Shown here piece by piece: positions 8,315-17,449 of a DNA stretch of 51,532 nucleotides. The notes beneath the pieces were generated by a model, which ran no database searches, was not told where the DNA came from, and worked only from the letters and a program-made list of their open reading frames with translations. Position numbers and translations under genes: made by a program. The DNA comes from a virus (taxonomy: Duplodnaviria > Caudoviricetes). The stretch lies in IMG/VR virus record IMGVR_UViG_3300016474_000704, positions 1-51,532 of that record; one strand, given 5' to 3'. Every line of letters begins with the position of its first letter. Position 1 is the first letter of the stretch.

Positions 8315-8547
8315 ATCTTTTCAATTTCGTGTTTTACTTGTTGCCAGTAATTACCATCTAAAAACCATACATCTTCTGTGGCTTTAATTAATTCATCTAC
8401 TACAATCAAAGCACATTGCTTAGCTGATCTTGTTAACATCATAGTTTCGCCAATACAAGAACCATCTTCTGAGTCTGTGTATGGTGCTGATATTACTAAT
8501 CCGCGATACTTGTCTACTAATTCTATTGCTTTTTGTTTTGGTGTCAT
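8311..8547 (-). CDS. MTP.EKA-family small protein
   Basis: AKQCALIVVDE, YWQQVKHEIEK. Confidence 0.75.
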   Translation of the reverse strand: MTPKQKAIELVDKYRGLVISAPYTDSEDGSCIGETMMLTRSAKQCALIVVDELIKATEDVWFLDGNYWQQVKHEIEKI

Positions 8548-8807
8548 TTGAATACTACATTTATAATGTTTTTATTCACTATACTTCTTCCATCTTTATA
8601 GATGGTATCATTATGAATTGAATCAGCCTCAAATTTATGAGTATGTTCAAATTCAGTTTGAGTTTCAGGCCATCGAACATGGACTTCAATTGGATATTCT
8701 TTTTCACTTATACCATCAGCAAAGTATTTTGCTCCAAACCACATTCCAATCAAACATGAAAGTATTGGTCCTACAACTGTGAATATAAAATATTCTTTAT
8801 TACTCAT
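8544..8807 (-). CDS. Membrane-anchored hypothetical protein
   Basis: N-terminal TM helix. Confidence 0.65.
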   Translation of the reverse strand: MSNKEYFIFTVVGPILSCLIGMWFGAKYFADGISEKEYPIEVHVRWPETQTEFEHTHKFEADSIHNDTIYKDGRSIVNKNIINVVFK

Positions 8808-9013
8808 TTTTTAGAAATTGAATTAAATATTTTTTCGAGTACTTTCCAAATCAACATCAACACTACAAATAATAGTGCTACTGGCCAAACCAATGAAGTG
8901 ATAACTGCTTGGGGCATATTAATTTCTTCTCCTGCTTTACATTGTTGATTGTAAAGTGCACACGCTACAAATGTAGCTAAAAAACCTATAATATAACTTA
9001 TAATCATACTCAT
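8804..9013 (-). CDS. Small two-TM membrane protein
   Basis: Hydrophobic. Confidence 0.65.
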   Translation of the reverse strand: MSMIISYIIGFLATFVACALYNQQCKAGEEINMPQAVITSLVWPVALLFVVLMLIWKVLEKIFNSISKK

Positions 9014-9029
9014 AATATAATAATTGTTT

Positions 9030-9464
9030 TTACTTATCCAAATTTTTTCTTAAATAATCTGGTATCATAGGGCAGGTTCTTAATTCCCATCCTTCACTAC
9101 CATCATATTCCCATCTCTCCAACCATGCCCCATATGTTAACCATACTCTACCATACAAGTGTTGTGTACCATAACCATTGTTATAGTTGAAGTCAAGGAG
9201 GTTATAGAACCTATTTAACTCATCTTCAGTGTGGTGGAGTGGAAGTCGAATTAATTCATTTGGTTCATCATAATCCCCTTCATAAGTAATCTCAGCACAC
9301 ACTAAATAAAATCCTCGTTTTTTTGAGGTTTCTAAAATTGTTATTAATTCTTCTCTAGCGTTCATAGTTGAATCTATATTTGTTAAACCATCCATTAATG
9401 TTGAGTCCCAATCTGAGATATCGTCATCAAAATGATCTTCGTCCTTGTCTTTGTTCTGGTGCAT
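9030..9464 (-). CDS. Hypothetical phage protein
   Basis: YNNGYGTQHLYGRVW, EYDGSEGW; start may be at the internal MNAREEL. Confidence 0.7.
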   Translation of the reverse strand: MHQNKDKDEDHFDDDISDWDSTLMDGLTNIDSTMNAREELITILETSKKRGFYLVCAEITYEGDYDEPNELIRLPLHHTEDELNRFYNLLDFNYNNGYGTQHLYGRVWLTYGAWLERWEYDGSEGWELRTCPMIPDYLRKNLDK

Positions 9465-9780
9465 CTAGTTCTTCTTTTAATCGTTCTAAAAATGATTCCT
9501 CACCATCATCACCTGACAACAACCAATCAATACGTTGGGCGTATATAGCTGCTTTACGAAGTGCATCTACACCTTCTTTAAACTTTTCAATTACCTCATC
9601 TGGGTATTTGTAGTGGTAGAGGTCTTCAGGATATCGTTCATACCAATCAGGCCCATGCCAGAATTCATCTTTAAGTTCCTCATCAGTTTTCTTACGACCA
9701 TTATTTTCAATGATTCTTTCAATTGAGTCAATTATTTGCTCAATTTCAAATTGTTTATAATCAAAATGTCCTCCACTCAT
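9427..9780 (-). CDS. Hypothetical phage protein
   Basis: MSGGHFDY, RIDWLLSGDDGEESF. Confidence 0.75.
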   Translation of the reverse strand: MSGGHFDYKQFEIEQIIDSIERIIENNGRKKTDEELKDEFWHGPDWYERYPEDLYHYKYPDEVIEKFKEGVDALRKAAIYAQRIDWLLSGDDGEESFLERLKEELDAPEQRQGRRSF

Positions 9781-10067
9781 ATTGTTCCGTTTTCATACTT
9801 ATTAATTGTATCTTCCAACTGATGGAACATTTGTTTAATTCTCATCCCAAGTTCATGTGGGTCAGCGTGTTTAACACTTTCAAGTGTTATTTTATGATTG
9901 GCTTTGAACCATTGTGGTGACTTTGAGTATTTTTCTTGTCCCCACATTCCTTCATATTTTCTATATCCCACATCATGCATTGTAACCAAACAATCAAATC
10001 TGATTTCACATACTCTTGTGGTGTCGGCGGTGATTTCAGGCACCGGTGTTATTTCTGTATTATTCAT
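9777..10067 (-). CDS. Hypothetical protein
   Basis: ORF in operon. Confidence 0.7.
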   Translation of the reverse strand: MNNTEITPVPEITADTTRVCEIRFDCLVTMHDVGYRKYEGMWGQEKYSKSPQWFKANHKITLESVKHADPHELGMRIKQMFHQLEDTINKYENGTI

Positions 10068-10068
10068 A

Positions 10069-10296
10069 TTAATCCTCCAAATTAAATAGTTTACGAAGTT
10101 GTTTAGACCAAAAACCAGCTGTTGGGAGTATTATAATAAGCATGAATAAAAATGCTCCCCATATTCGCCATCCATCTTCTGTTTGGTCATTATTCATCAT
10201 ATAATGTCCATATCCTCCAATAGAACAAATAACTGTTGCTAAGAATGTAATTGTTAGTACTTGTATAATTTCTTGACTTGTTGATGTTTCTTTCAT
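10069..10296 (-). CDS. Small two-TM membrane protein
   Basis: Hydrophobic. Confidence 0.65.
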   Translation of the reverse strand: MKETSTSQEIIQVLTITFLATVICSIGGYGHYMMNNDQTEDGWRIWGAFLFMLIIILPTAGFWSKQLRKLFNLED

Positions 10297-10311
10297 AACT
10301 TTTATTTTTAA

Positions 10312-10605
10312 TTAAACTTCATATGTTGTGTAAGGGTGATAATCAACACAATACACTTTTACTTTATCTATTACTGTTGTAACTTCATCTCGAGTTACAT
10401 TTTTCCAAGCATACTTAAAATACCCTTCATATTCATCAGGGAATTTACCTTCATATGGATTCCATTCTAGACATTCAGCCTCACCTCTACCAACAGCATA
10501 ATAATCATCTAAACCAGCTCTAAGGTCTTCAAATGTAGATGCTGTCATAATAGGTTTGTATCCATTTAAATCCATAGCTACATATGTTACTTTAACTCTA
10601 CTCAT
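10312..10605 (-). CDS. Hypothetical protein
   Basis: ORF with AAAGTTATG start context. Confidence 0.7.
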   Translation of the reverse strand: MSRVKVTYVAMDLNGYKPIMTASTFEDLRAGLDDYYAVGRGEAECLEWNPYEGKFPDEYEGYFKYAWKNVTRDEVTTVIDKVKVYCVDYHPYTTYEV

Positions 10606-10747
10606 AACTTTAATTTTTATAGTCAGGATAACATTTTAATAATTATAGGGCAAAGAAGTGCTATTATCATAAACATATAGATTGGAAATGGATCTATTGG
10701 ATAACAACCCTCTTCTATTGTTTTATGAAAATCTTTAATTATCTTTT

Positions 10748-11011
10748 TCATAGGTCTCCTCTATTTATTTCGTAATTATAACCTCTAGTTTTTAGAGATG
10801 AATTGATTCTATCTACAAAATGCCATTCTGGTTCTGTATCATGTACTTCTGGGTGTACTGATGCTACTTGAGCAATTTGTTCTGCTATAAGTTTTTTCAA
10901 CTCATTTTCAGAAACAAATTTGTCTCCCCAAATTGTGTTATAGATGTTTTGGTAAGCTTGAGTACATGCCTCATTACCTTCTTCTGTAAACATTTCAAAA
11001 TAGACTGCCAT
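10748..11011 (-). CDS. Hypothetical early protein
   Basis: Follows promoter copy 9. Confidence 0.7.
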   Translation of the reverse strand: MAVYFEMFTEEGNEACTQAYQNIYNTIWGDKFVSENELKKLIAEQIAQVASVHPEVHDTEPEWHFVDRINSSLKTRGYNYEINRGDL

Positions 11012-11037
11012 AACCTTTATTTGTTTTAATTATTTAA

Positions 11038-11071
11038 CTAAATATAACATCACTCTCTTGGAGAGCCAAAC
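11038..11071 (-). promoter_or_regulatory. Promoter repeat, copy 9
   Basis: TTTG-N20-TATATTTA. Confidence 0.8.
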
Positions 11072-11080
11072 TTATTTTTG

Positions 11081-11176
11081 TAGCCAGGACAGGATTCGAA
11101 CCTGTATGATAGTAGGGTATGTACACTTCCCATTTGAAGGACTATCTTAAACGTCTACCAATTCCGCCACCTGACT
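11081..11176 (-). ncRNA. tRNA-like RNA (Leu-type D and T arms, non-canonical anticodon region)
   Basis: AGTCAGG/CCTGGCT acceptor; TGGCGGAATTGGTAGACG D-arm; ACAGGTTCGAATCCTGT T-arm. Confidence 0.7.
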
Positions 11177-11333
11177 AACCAAAACTACCACCCAAGTGAG
11201 CTGTTCGTCATGGGAAGCCTAGTGGTACTTATCCTAACAATGCTATTGTCAAAATTACAATAACAAATAATGCAAATGCTTTAATTGGATCTTCAAGTTG
11301 TTTTACCATGTTTTTATGTTTTTTATTTATTGA

Positions 11334-11367
11334 CTAAATATAACATCAAAAACTTACGAGGCCAAAC
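11334..11367 (-). promoter_or_regulatory. Promoter repeat, copy 10
   Basis: TTTG-N20-TATATTTA; overlaps the phosphoesterase stop. Confidence 0.8.
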
Positions 11368-12082
11368 TTACTTTACCAATTCTTATCTTTTTGTTTTCAT
11401 ACACTAGATACTCAGGAGTGTTATCTAAGCAATCAATGAAGTAGTAGCGTCCACCTGTTGTTTTACCTTTAGCGTCAATTTCTTTTACAGCAGTATGACC
11501 AATCACTTGTATCATTGTTTTTTTAACTTCTTGACATGCCTTCATTAGACTTTTAGGTCGAATCCATAATGGACCTTGAAACACATCATCACCATAAGGA
11601 TCACTATGTCCATATCCATTGTCTGCGAATTTGAATTTGTATGGTTGAAAGTACCATAAGTCATTTATAAATTCAACTACGTCTTGTTCATCCCATCCAT
11701 TTTTAAGTAGAAACTCAGGAGTAATACCAGCATGACTAAATACTAAATCATCACACCTATAAGCCATTCTTAAATGGTGTCTGTTTATCTCTAGTACCTC
11801 ACCAATTGGTATATATAATTCTCTTTGAAAACCACTATAATATTCATCACAAACATTCATATAATGAAAATCATGATTACCAATTAACATCACAACTTTA
11901 CATTGTGGATTGTCAAGTTTCCATTGTATGATATTTTTGAAATTATGGATTTGGTCTATACCTGGGATGTTGAAACTATCAAAGTAGTCTCCTACAAACA
12001 CAACAGTGTTGGGTTGTTCTGTTTCAACTATTTGTTTCCAAATGTCGCGGCCATGTATATCACCTATTGCAACTAATTTCAT
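11354..12082 (-). CDS. Calcineurin-like metallophosphoesterase
   Basis: GDIHG, GDYFD, GNHD, SHAG, GHT. Confidence 0.9.
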   Translation of the reverse strand: MKLVAIGDIHGRDIWKQIVETEQPNTVVFVGDYFDSFNIPGIDQIHNFKNIIQWKLDNPQCKVVMLIGNHDFHYMNVCDEYYSGFQRELYIPIGEVLEINRHHLRMAYRCDDLVFSHAGITPEFLLKNGWDEQDVVEFINDLWYFQPYKFKFADNGYGHSDPYGDDVFQGPLWIRPKSLMKACQEVKKTMIQVIGHTAVKEIDAKGKTTGGRYYFIDCLDNTPEYLVYENKKIRIGKVSLAS

Positions 12083-12086
12083 ATTT

Positions 12087-12121
12087 TGAGTATAATAAAA
12101 AAAGCCTGGTTTCCCAAGCTT
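12087..12121 (-). terminator. Intrinsic terminator nested in a promoter-like sequence
   Basis: AAGCUUGG-GAAA-CCAGGCUU plus U-tract; CTTG-N20-TATACTCA. Confidence 0.75.
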
Positions 12122-12144
12122 AATTTAGAATTTTATTTTAATTT

Positions 12145-12510
12145 TTAGAAAGATATATCATTAAATGGTTTACCTTTTTCTGCTACACTCATTAATTCTT
12201 CTTCTCCACTTTCATCTCCTGTATACCAATCTTCTGACATTTGGGCTATTCTATTCATCTCGTTTTGGTTAGGTACTTCATAAAAGGTTAATCCAACACT
12301 TTCTAAATTTTTTCCATATATGTTTTCTAAATTTTGGATAAATTCTTCTTGAGTTGAAGCTGATACTCCTTTCATATTACCCAATTCATCTGATGTACCA
12401 CCAGCTACAGTAACTACAAAATATCTAGCTTGGTTTTCATTTAATTGTCTGAATTGATTTTCAGTAATCAAACCAGCTATTTTTTGCATTTTAAGGAATT
12501 CTTTGTTCAT
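12145..12510 (-). CDS. Hypothetical, possibly virion-internal protein
   Basis: MQKIAGLITE and LNE near the N-terminus; last gene of the lysis-like operon. Confidence 0.65.
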   Translation of the reverse strand: MNKEFLKMQKIAGLITENQFRQLNENQARYFVVTVAGGTSDELGNMKGVSASTQEEFIQNLENIYGKNLESVGLTFYEVPNQNEMNRIAQMSEDWYTGDESGEEELMSVAEKGKPFNDISF

Positions 12511-12959
12511 TATAGTACTAATATTAAAATTATAGTTGTTATTACTCCACCTTCAATTAAGGCTACTTTACGCCAATTTCGCTTTCTATTATTTTCTCTA
12601 TCCAATTTGATCTTCGCTTGGTCAAGTTGAACATCTTTTTCTCTCAATTCAAGAGTACAATCACGTCTTAACTCTTTATGTTTCTCATCTAGACGGACAT
12701 AACTATCTGATAGTTGAGAGTAGTTAAGACTAATTTTCTTAAGATACATCTGACAGTCATACGCCTGGAGGAACATACTATCTAAATTTTCTTTATAGAT
12801 GTTCTTCCAATAAAATGTTTCAATTACCTTCTCTTCTTGACTCCTGTTCAAGAAGATCCCAGTATCGAGTTGGTAGACTATCCTTGGCGCTGAAAATTTT
12901 TGCCCAAACACTGTCACGCTGAGGATCACTAAGAGTAGGAATACGCTTAACTTTTTCAT
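12510..12959 (-). CDS. Secreted coiled-coil protein with C-terminal TM (spanin-like)
   Basis: Signal peptide VFG|Q; overlaps the upstream gene by 140 nt. Confidence 0.55.
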   Translation of the reverse strand: MKKLSVFLLLVILSVTVFGQKFSAPRIVYQLDTGIFLNRSQEEKVIETFYWKNIYKENLDSMFLQAYDCQMYLKKISLNYSQLSDSYVRLDEKHKELRRDCTLELREKDVQLDQAKIKLDRENNRKRNWRKVALIEGGVITTIILILVL

Positions 12960-13200
12960 TTGATTTTTTATTTTTGGTTTTAGTTTCTACTATACGATCC
13001 ATATAAATAGTATCGTACTCAATTAAAATTTCTTTAGTTACTTTATCTAAACTGTCCTTCTGTCTATTCAATAATTCAATTTCCTTATCATTAAAGTCAG
13101 AACTTGGTTTATTACAGTTTTTAAGTTTAACAATGGCGAATATAGCTACAGTTGCTATCAAAACCCATTTTACGATGTTGTCGTATCTTACTTGTCCCAT
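12820..13200 (-). CDS. Type II membrane protein (i-spanin-like)
   Basis: N-terminal TM plus coiled coil; directly after the endolysin-like gene. Confidence 0.55.
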   Translation of the reverse strand: MGQVRYDNIVKWVLIATVAIFAIVKLKNCNKPSSDFNDKEIELLNRQKDSLDKVTKEILIEYDTIYMDRIVETKTKNKKSNEKVKRIPTLSDPQRDSVWAKIFSAKDSLPTRYWDLLEQESRREGN

Positions 13201-13775
13201 CTTGTTATATGTATATTTGCGTTTAACGGTCTTATTTTTTCATAGTATCCATTACCTTCTCTAGCTCCATTTCCATCTGTATTACCCTCACCTGTCACTA
13301 CAGCTGAGCCACCTACTGTTCTTTTAATAATGAAGGCATGTCCTATTGCTTTAAATCTACTTTTACTATTTTTATACTTAGCATATGATAATGTCCCTGA
13401 GTCACCAGGCCTAATTGCTTCATATAATTTTCCATCAGTATAAATAACATGGTTTTTATTATAAGCAGTAGGGCTAAAACCAGTTACCGTATTTTGTATA
13501 CCAGCCAATTTATAAATCAGTTTAAGTGAAAAAGCACACCATGGAGCACCTTTCCACCACCCCACATCCTTCATCATTTTTTCAAATGATTTATTATCAA
13601 ATCCTTCATTATTGCCAATTTCTTTTATGCCTTCAAAGCTGTCTGATATTTGAACAGCGATGTTCGCCTTAGCATAATAATCATTTACACAATCGGAATA
13701 ATCACTCGGAACACCTGTATAAGCATATAGAGGTATAAGAAAAAGCAAATAGGATAATATGATAGTTTTAGCCAT
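13188..13775 (-). CDS. CHAP-family peptidoglycan hydrolase (endolysin) with signal-like N-terminus
   Basis: PWCAF catalytic Cys, GHAFI His, EGNT. Confidence 0.75.
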   Translation of the reverse strand: MAKTIILSYLLFLIPLYAYTGVPSDYSDCVNDYYAKANIAVQISDSFEGIKEIGNNEGFDNKSFEKMMKDVGWWKGAPWCAFSLKLIYKLAGIQNTVTGFSPTAYNKNHVIYTDGKLYEAIRPGDSGTLSYAKYKNSKSRFKAIGHAFIIKRTVGGSAVVTGEGNTDGNGAREGNGYYEKIRPLNANIHITRWDK

Positions 13776-14053
13776 GAGGGTAGGTTTTTAAAGTCTTCTT
13801 TAACAGTTGAAGTTGTAGAGTAGAAGTACTTATAAATACCCTTGAATGTGAAATACATTCCACCTAAAATAATTCCATTAAATAGAATCATAATTAGACT
13901 TGCTAATATTGCTCTATGGAACCAATCAGTTGAGTACATTGGGTCACCAAATACTTCTTCTTGTACCATTCCGTAGACAAAAAATCCTACAAATGCGAGT
14001 GGTACACTCCAAACAAAATCCCATAACTTAAGCCATCTAAGTAGTCGTTTCAT
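13685..14053 (-). CDS. Three-TM membrane protein (holin candidate)
   Basis: Three hydrophobic helices; overlaps the endolysin start. Confidence 0.55.
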   Translation of the reverse strand: MKRLLRWLKLWDFVWSVPLAFVGFFVYGMVQEEVFGDPMYSTDWFHRAILASLIMILFNGIILGGMYFTFKGIYKYFYSTTSTVKEDFKNLPSWLKLSYYPICFFLYLYMLIQVFRVIIPIV

Positions 14054-14091
14054 AATAACGTTTTATTATAAATATTATAAAAAGCGTTATT
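14054..14091 (-). promoter_or_regulatory. Putative late promoter in a hairpin abutting the holin-candidate start
   Basis: AAUAACG/CGUUAUU and UUUUAU/AUAAAA arms; ATATTTATA at 14067-14075. Confidence 0.65.
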
Positions 14092-14422
14092 TCAACGCCC
14101 TGTAAACTTTAATTTTAACTCGTCTTTTGAAACAACTAAATGTTTTAGACCAAGTACTAATATTAGCCTCATAAACATTTGCCTTCAAGTACTGGTATGC
14201 TTGTTTAAGTGAACGTTTTAGTTTAGGGTACAAATTAATCAATTCAAAAAACTTATTTAGATTCATATACGAATCAGAAATCCATCTTCCATCTTGCCAA
14301 ATTGCTAAAATAGTAGTAGTGTTATTAACTTCATCTACTAAACATACTTTAATGTTTTTATCCCATGAATCAGGGACAATTTGAGCTGCATAGTTGTCTT
14401 TAAGTGCAATTGTTGTTACCAT
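14087..14422 (-). CDS. Hypothetical protein (start revised to MVTTIAL)
   Basis: Promoter-like CTTG-N20-TATATTTA at 14440-14471 lies inside the longer ORF call. Confidence 0.65.
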   Translation of the reverse strand: MVTTIALKDNYAAQIVPDSWDKNIKVCLVDEVNNTTTILAIWQDGRWISDSYMNLNKFFELINLYPKLKRSLKQAYQYLKANVYEANISTWSKTFSCFKRRVKIKVYRALK

Positions 14423-14471
14423 AACTTTTTTGTTTTGCTTAAATATAATATTAGGTTTTAAAATTTCCAAG

Positions 14472-15035
14472 TTAATCTTTAAGGAAGGCTACCAAATCAG
14501 TTTTAGCTAAGTAAGCTAGAGTGTCAGGTACTATATCTGTAGAGTCGGGTCTAACCCAATGGTCAATATAATTTTTCTTAATAACATTGCGAGCATAACT
14601 GTTCATAACAGGTCTACCTGTGTTATATGCACCCGCAGCTTTACCCCAGTCGTTATAACGGTTATACCACTCGTGAAGCATTTTCATAGATATCTTAACG
14701 TTCAACTCAATACTATCTTTTAAAACCGGTTTTCTCACTTTAAAACCAGCGTATGCTGAAGCATATTGAGGCATAATCTGCATTGGGCCTAATGCTCCAG
14801 CGCTAGATGTTTGTTTATGGTTGTACTCATCATGAAATGGACCTTTATATCCAGTCTCTATCCTAGCAACATTGAACGCAATATGTAAAGGCACATTATA
14901 CTGTTTAGCATATGTCATAATGGACGCGTACAGTCGTTGAGCAGGGTTTAGTTTTACAGGTTGGGTTGTATTGCAAAAAGAAGCGATACAAACTACAGTT
15001 GCAAGAGTTGCAACACATACTAATACTTTTTTCAT
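14472..15035 (-). CDS. SLT-domain lytic transglycosylase with N-terminal signal/anchor
   Basis: Catalytic ET, AGALGPMQIMP, AYNTG. Confidence 0.85.
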   Translation of the reverse strand: MKKVLVCVATLATVVCIASFCNTTQPVKLNPAQRLYASIMTYAKQYNVPLHIAFNVARIETGYKGPFHDEYNHKQTSSAGALGPMQIMPQYASAYAGFKVRKPVLKDSIELNVKISMKMLHEWYNRYNDWGKAAGAYNTGRPVMNSYARNVIKKNYIDHWVRPDSTDIVPDTLAYLAKTDLVAFLKD

Positions 15036-15062
15036 AGTGTTTAAGTTTTGATTAAATATAAT

Positions 15063-15082
15063 AAAAAAAGGCCCGAAGGCCT
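15063..15082 (-). terminator. Intrinsic terminator with UUCG loop
   Basis: AGGCC-UUCG-GGCCU plus U-tract, followed by TATATTTA. Confidence 0.8.
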
Positions 15083-15113
15083 AATTTTAATATTAAAAAA
15101 GTAAGGATTTTAA

Positions 15114-15479
15114 TTAAGCTGATTTTGGTTTTAGATAATAGAAATCATGATACATACGTATTCTTCCACCATCATCTTCAAAATCAACAGAGCTAACACC
15201 TACAAATGTATATCCTTTGTCTTCAATTTTTTTCTTAGCATCAGCTCCAAACATGTCATATGAGTCTTTATTACCACCTAAATAACCACCTCTAGTTCTA
15301 ATTCTAAAATACCCATCATATTCTTTTTCAACATTATCCTGCCCAGTTTCTGGGTCATACATTCTTTTTGTTTGGATGGATCTCTCATCTCTAAATTCTC
15401 CCATCTCAACATCTCGGCTGTAATCAGTTTCATTTAGTTGGTTACGTCTCCACTTGTATACATTAAAATCTTTACTCAT
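15114..15479 (-). CDS. Hypothetical late protein
   Basis: ATATTTATA at 15498-15506; LNE near the N-terminus. Confidence 0.65.
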   Translation of the reverse strand: MSKDFNVYKWRRNQLNETDYSRDVEMGEFRDERSIQTKRMYDPETGQDNVEKEYDGYFRIRTRGGYLGGNKDSYDMFGADAKKKIEDKGYTFVGVSSVDFEDDGGRIRMYHDFYYLKPKSA

Positions 15480-15531
15480 AGTTTATCTTTTATATATTAT
15501 AAATATATGAAAAAATGGCTCTAAATCAAAG

Positions 15532-17445
15532 TTATTCTTTAACTATCTGCTGTTTTTTAACACCATCCTTAGTAGTTACTACAATCATGTACACTCCACT
15601 AGAAAGTTCACTCATGTCTAATTGATATGTCTCTGTAGTGGTAGTTGTAGTTAATACTTTGGTACCTAAAGAATTATACACATCTATATTTCTGAATGCT
15701 CCTTTAAAGCTATCATTTATAGTTACTAATCCTGGAGTTGGGTTAGGGTATACTGAAATGTCAGATGGGATAATTTCTTGGGGTTTAATTGTTGGTTCAG
15801 GTTTAACTACTAATGATCTCAATTCAGTTCCAGTATGTGATGGGTTGCAGTTAGCAACATCTCTATAAATAATATATCCATAAGAGCATGAGCTACCACA
15901 TTCAGTTACTGTTCTAACAAGTCTATACCATACACCTTTAACTAAAGCAGTATCAGTAAAGTCATGAGTTGTTTCTGTTCTAATTAAAGTCCAATTGGTG
16001 AGTGGATTAATAGAAGTAAATAATTCCCATTTTTCACATCCTGAAGTACTGGTTATATCAAATGTTGAAATAGTATTACCATCTAAACAATATGAGAAGT
16101 TAGGATCAACTACACTTCTAAATCCATATAATTTAGCTGCAAAGTTAACATGTTTGATTACATTTAATGGATTTGGTCCTTGTATTACGTTAACAAAAGT
16201 ACCACCAACAAATATCTCCCATCTGTCATTATCATCATCGTTTGGATTAACAGCTAAACATTTACCTGAACCTTGTCCATAGTTGTCTTCAAATCCATTC
16301 ATATAAACACCTCCTAAACCATATCCGATGTTTTGCAATTTGAATTCAGGGCTAATTTGTCCTTCACTTGTAAATGCAGTTACTTTAGGAGTCCAAGATG
16401 GAGTATATGGGCCAGTAGGCATTGATGAAGCAAAGTTACCAGCAGCAATTAAGTGACAGTTGTAATAAACAATATCACCAATTGATCCACTACACCCAGC
16501 ATTGTAATTACTATCAATACTCCATACTCCATTATTCAAAGTAAAGCGAGCAATTCCTCTAAGACCATCAACACCTGATATTTGACTACCACTACCAGCA
16601 ATATAGGCTTTAATTGAGCCATTTTCATTACCAGCACAATCAGCATCATTAACAAACAATAAGTCAGATACTACAAAGCTACAAGGTAAGTCTGTAATGC
16701 CTTCAAGTGGAGCAATAGTGAATTGTTCTGTTAACTTAAATAAGCTAATATAGTCATGTCCGTTATAAGCAAAGCTAACATTACCACCAATTATGAGATC
16801 ATCACTATTAGGAATTTTAGCAATTTTGCTAATCATTCCATTTGATCCTGGGATAGTGAGTGTCTGTAGTGTTTGGCCTGTATTAGGATCACAGCAAACA
16901 ATTGTTTGAGTAGTGCTGTTACCATTTTGATAAGCATAATATAATTTATTATTTTCTCCATCATGGTAAATAGCAGAACACATACTAATCCAACTTGTGA
17001 TTGGACATACAAAATTTAAATCTCTAGTACCATCAGCGTTGATTTTATTTAAAAATCTAACACCTTGATCAACCATAGAATTAGAGCTGTTTCTACCACT
17101 AATAAAGAAACCACCAGTATAATTACCAGCAGCATCTTTTTCAGTTTCTAAACATACAGTAGCAAATTGAGTACCCCAAGTTGACATTTGATTAGCATAC
17201 CAACTCTCATCCTCATTACCTTGAAAGTCATACTTTCTAATAGCTGGTAATCCAGGACTAGTAGCAAAAGCATAATAAACGGAGTTGCCAACTACTTCTA
17301 CTCCAACAGCTCTAAAATAGCCATTAGTAGAGAGTGGAACTCCGTCATTATTAAGAATAAATGTTGTATCTACCGCACCTGCGAGATACTGTGCTTGACC
17401 AACTACAGTGGCCATAAGCATTAAAATGGCAAATAAGTGTTTCAT
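15532..17445 (-). CDS. Secreted beta-propeller-like protein with type A T9SS C-terminal sorting domain
   Basis: Signal peptide GQA|Q; INADGTRDLNF delta-60-like repeat; CTD SVYPNP, VYNSLG, LSSGVYMI, IVKE. Confidence 0.88.
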   Translation of the reverse strand: MKHLFAILMLMATVVGQAQYLAGAVDTTFILNNDGVPLSTNGYFRAVGVEVVGNSVYYAFATSPGLPAIRKYDFQGNEDESWYANQMSTWGTQFATVCLETEKDAAGNYTGGFFISGRNSSNSMVDQGVRFLNKINADGTRDLNFVCPITSWISMCSAIYHDGENNKLYYAYQNGNSTTQTIVCCDPNTGQTLQTLTIPGSNGMISKIAKIPNSDDLIIGGNVSFAYNGHDYISLFKLTEQFTIAPLEGITDLPCSFVVSDLLFVNDADCAGNENGSIKAYIAGSGSQISGVDGLRGIARFTLNNGVWSIDSNYNAGCSGSIGDIVYYNCHLIAAGNFASSMPTGPYTPSWTPKVTAFTSEGQISPEFKLQNIGYGLGGVYMNGFEDNYGQGSGKCLAVNPNDDDNDRWEIFVGGTFVNVIQGPNPLNVIKHVNFAAKLYGFRSVVDPNFSYCLDGNTISTFDITSTSGCEKWELFTSINPLTNWTLIRTETTHDFTDTALVKGVWYRLVRTVTECGSSCSYGYIIYRDVANCNPSHTGTELRSLVVKPEPTIKPQEIIPSDISVYPNPTPGLVTINDSFKGAFRNIDVYNSLGTKVLTTTTTTETYQLDMSELSSGVYMIVVTTKDGVKKQQIVKE

Positions 17446-17449
17446 GTGT

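Noticed and set aside
10618-10630. Second tRNA-like 3' end (TCCTGACTA on the minus strand)
   Set aside because: Only ~9 nt match, with no T-arm or D-arm; likely chance.
11125-11145. Selenocysteine or opal-suppressor tRNA (CTTCAAA loop)
   Set aside because: The flanking bases do not pair around that register, and the acceptor stem is a normal 7 bp.
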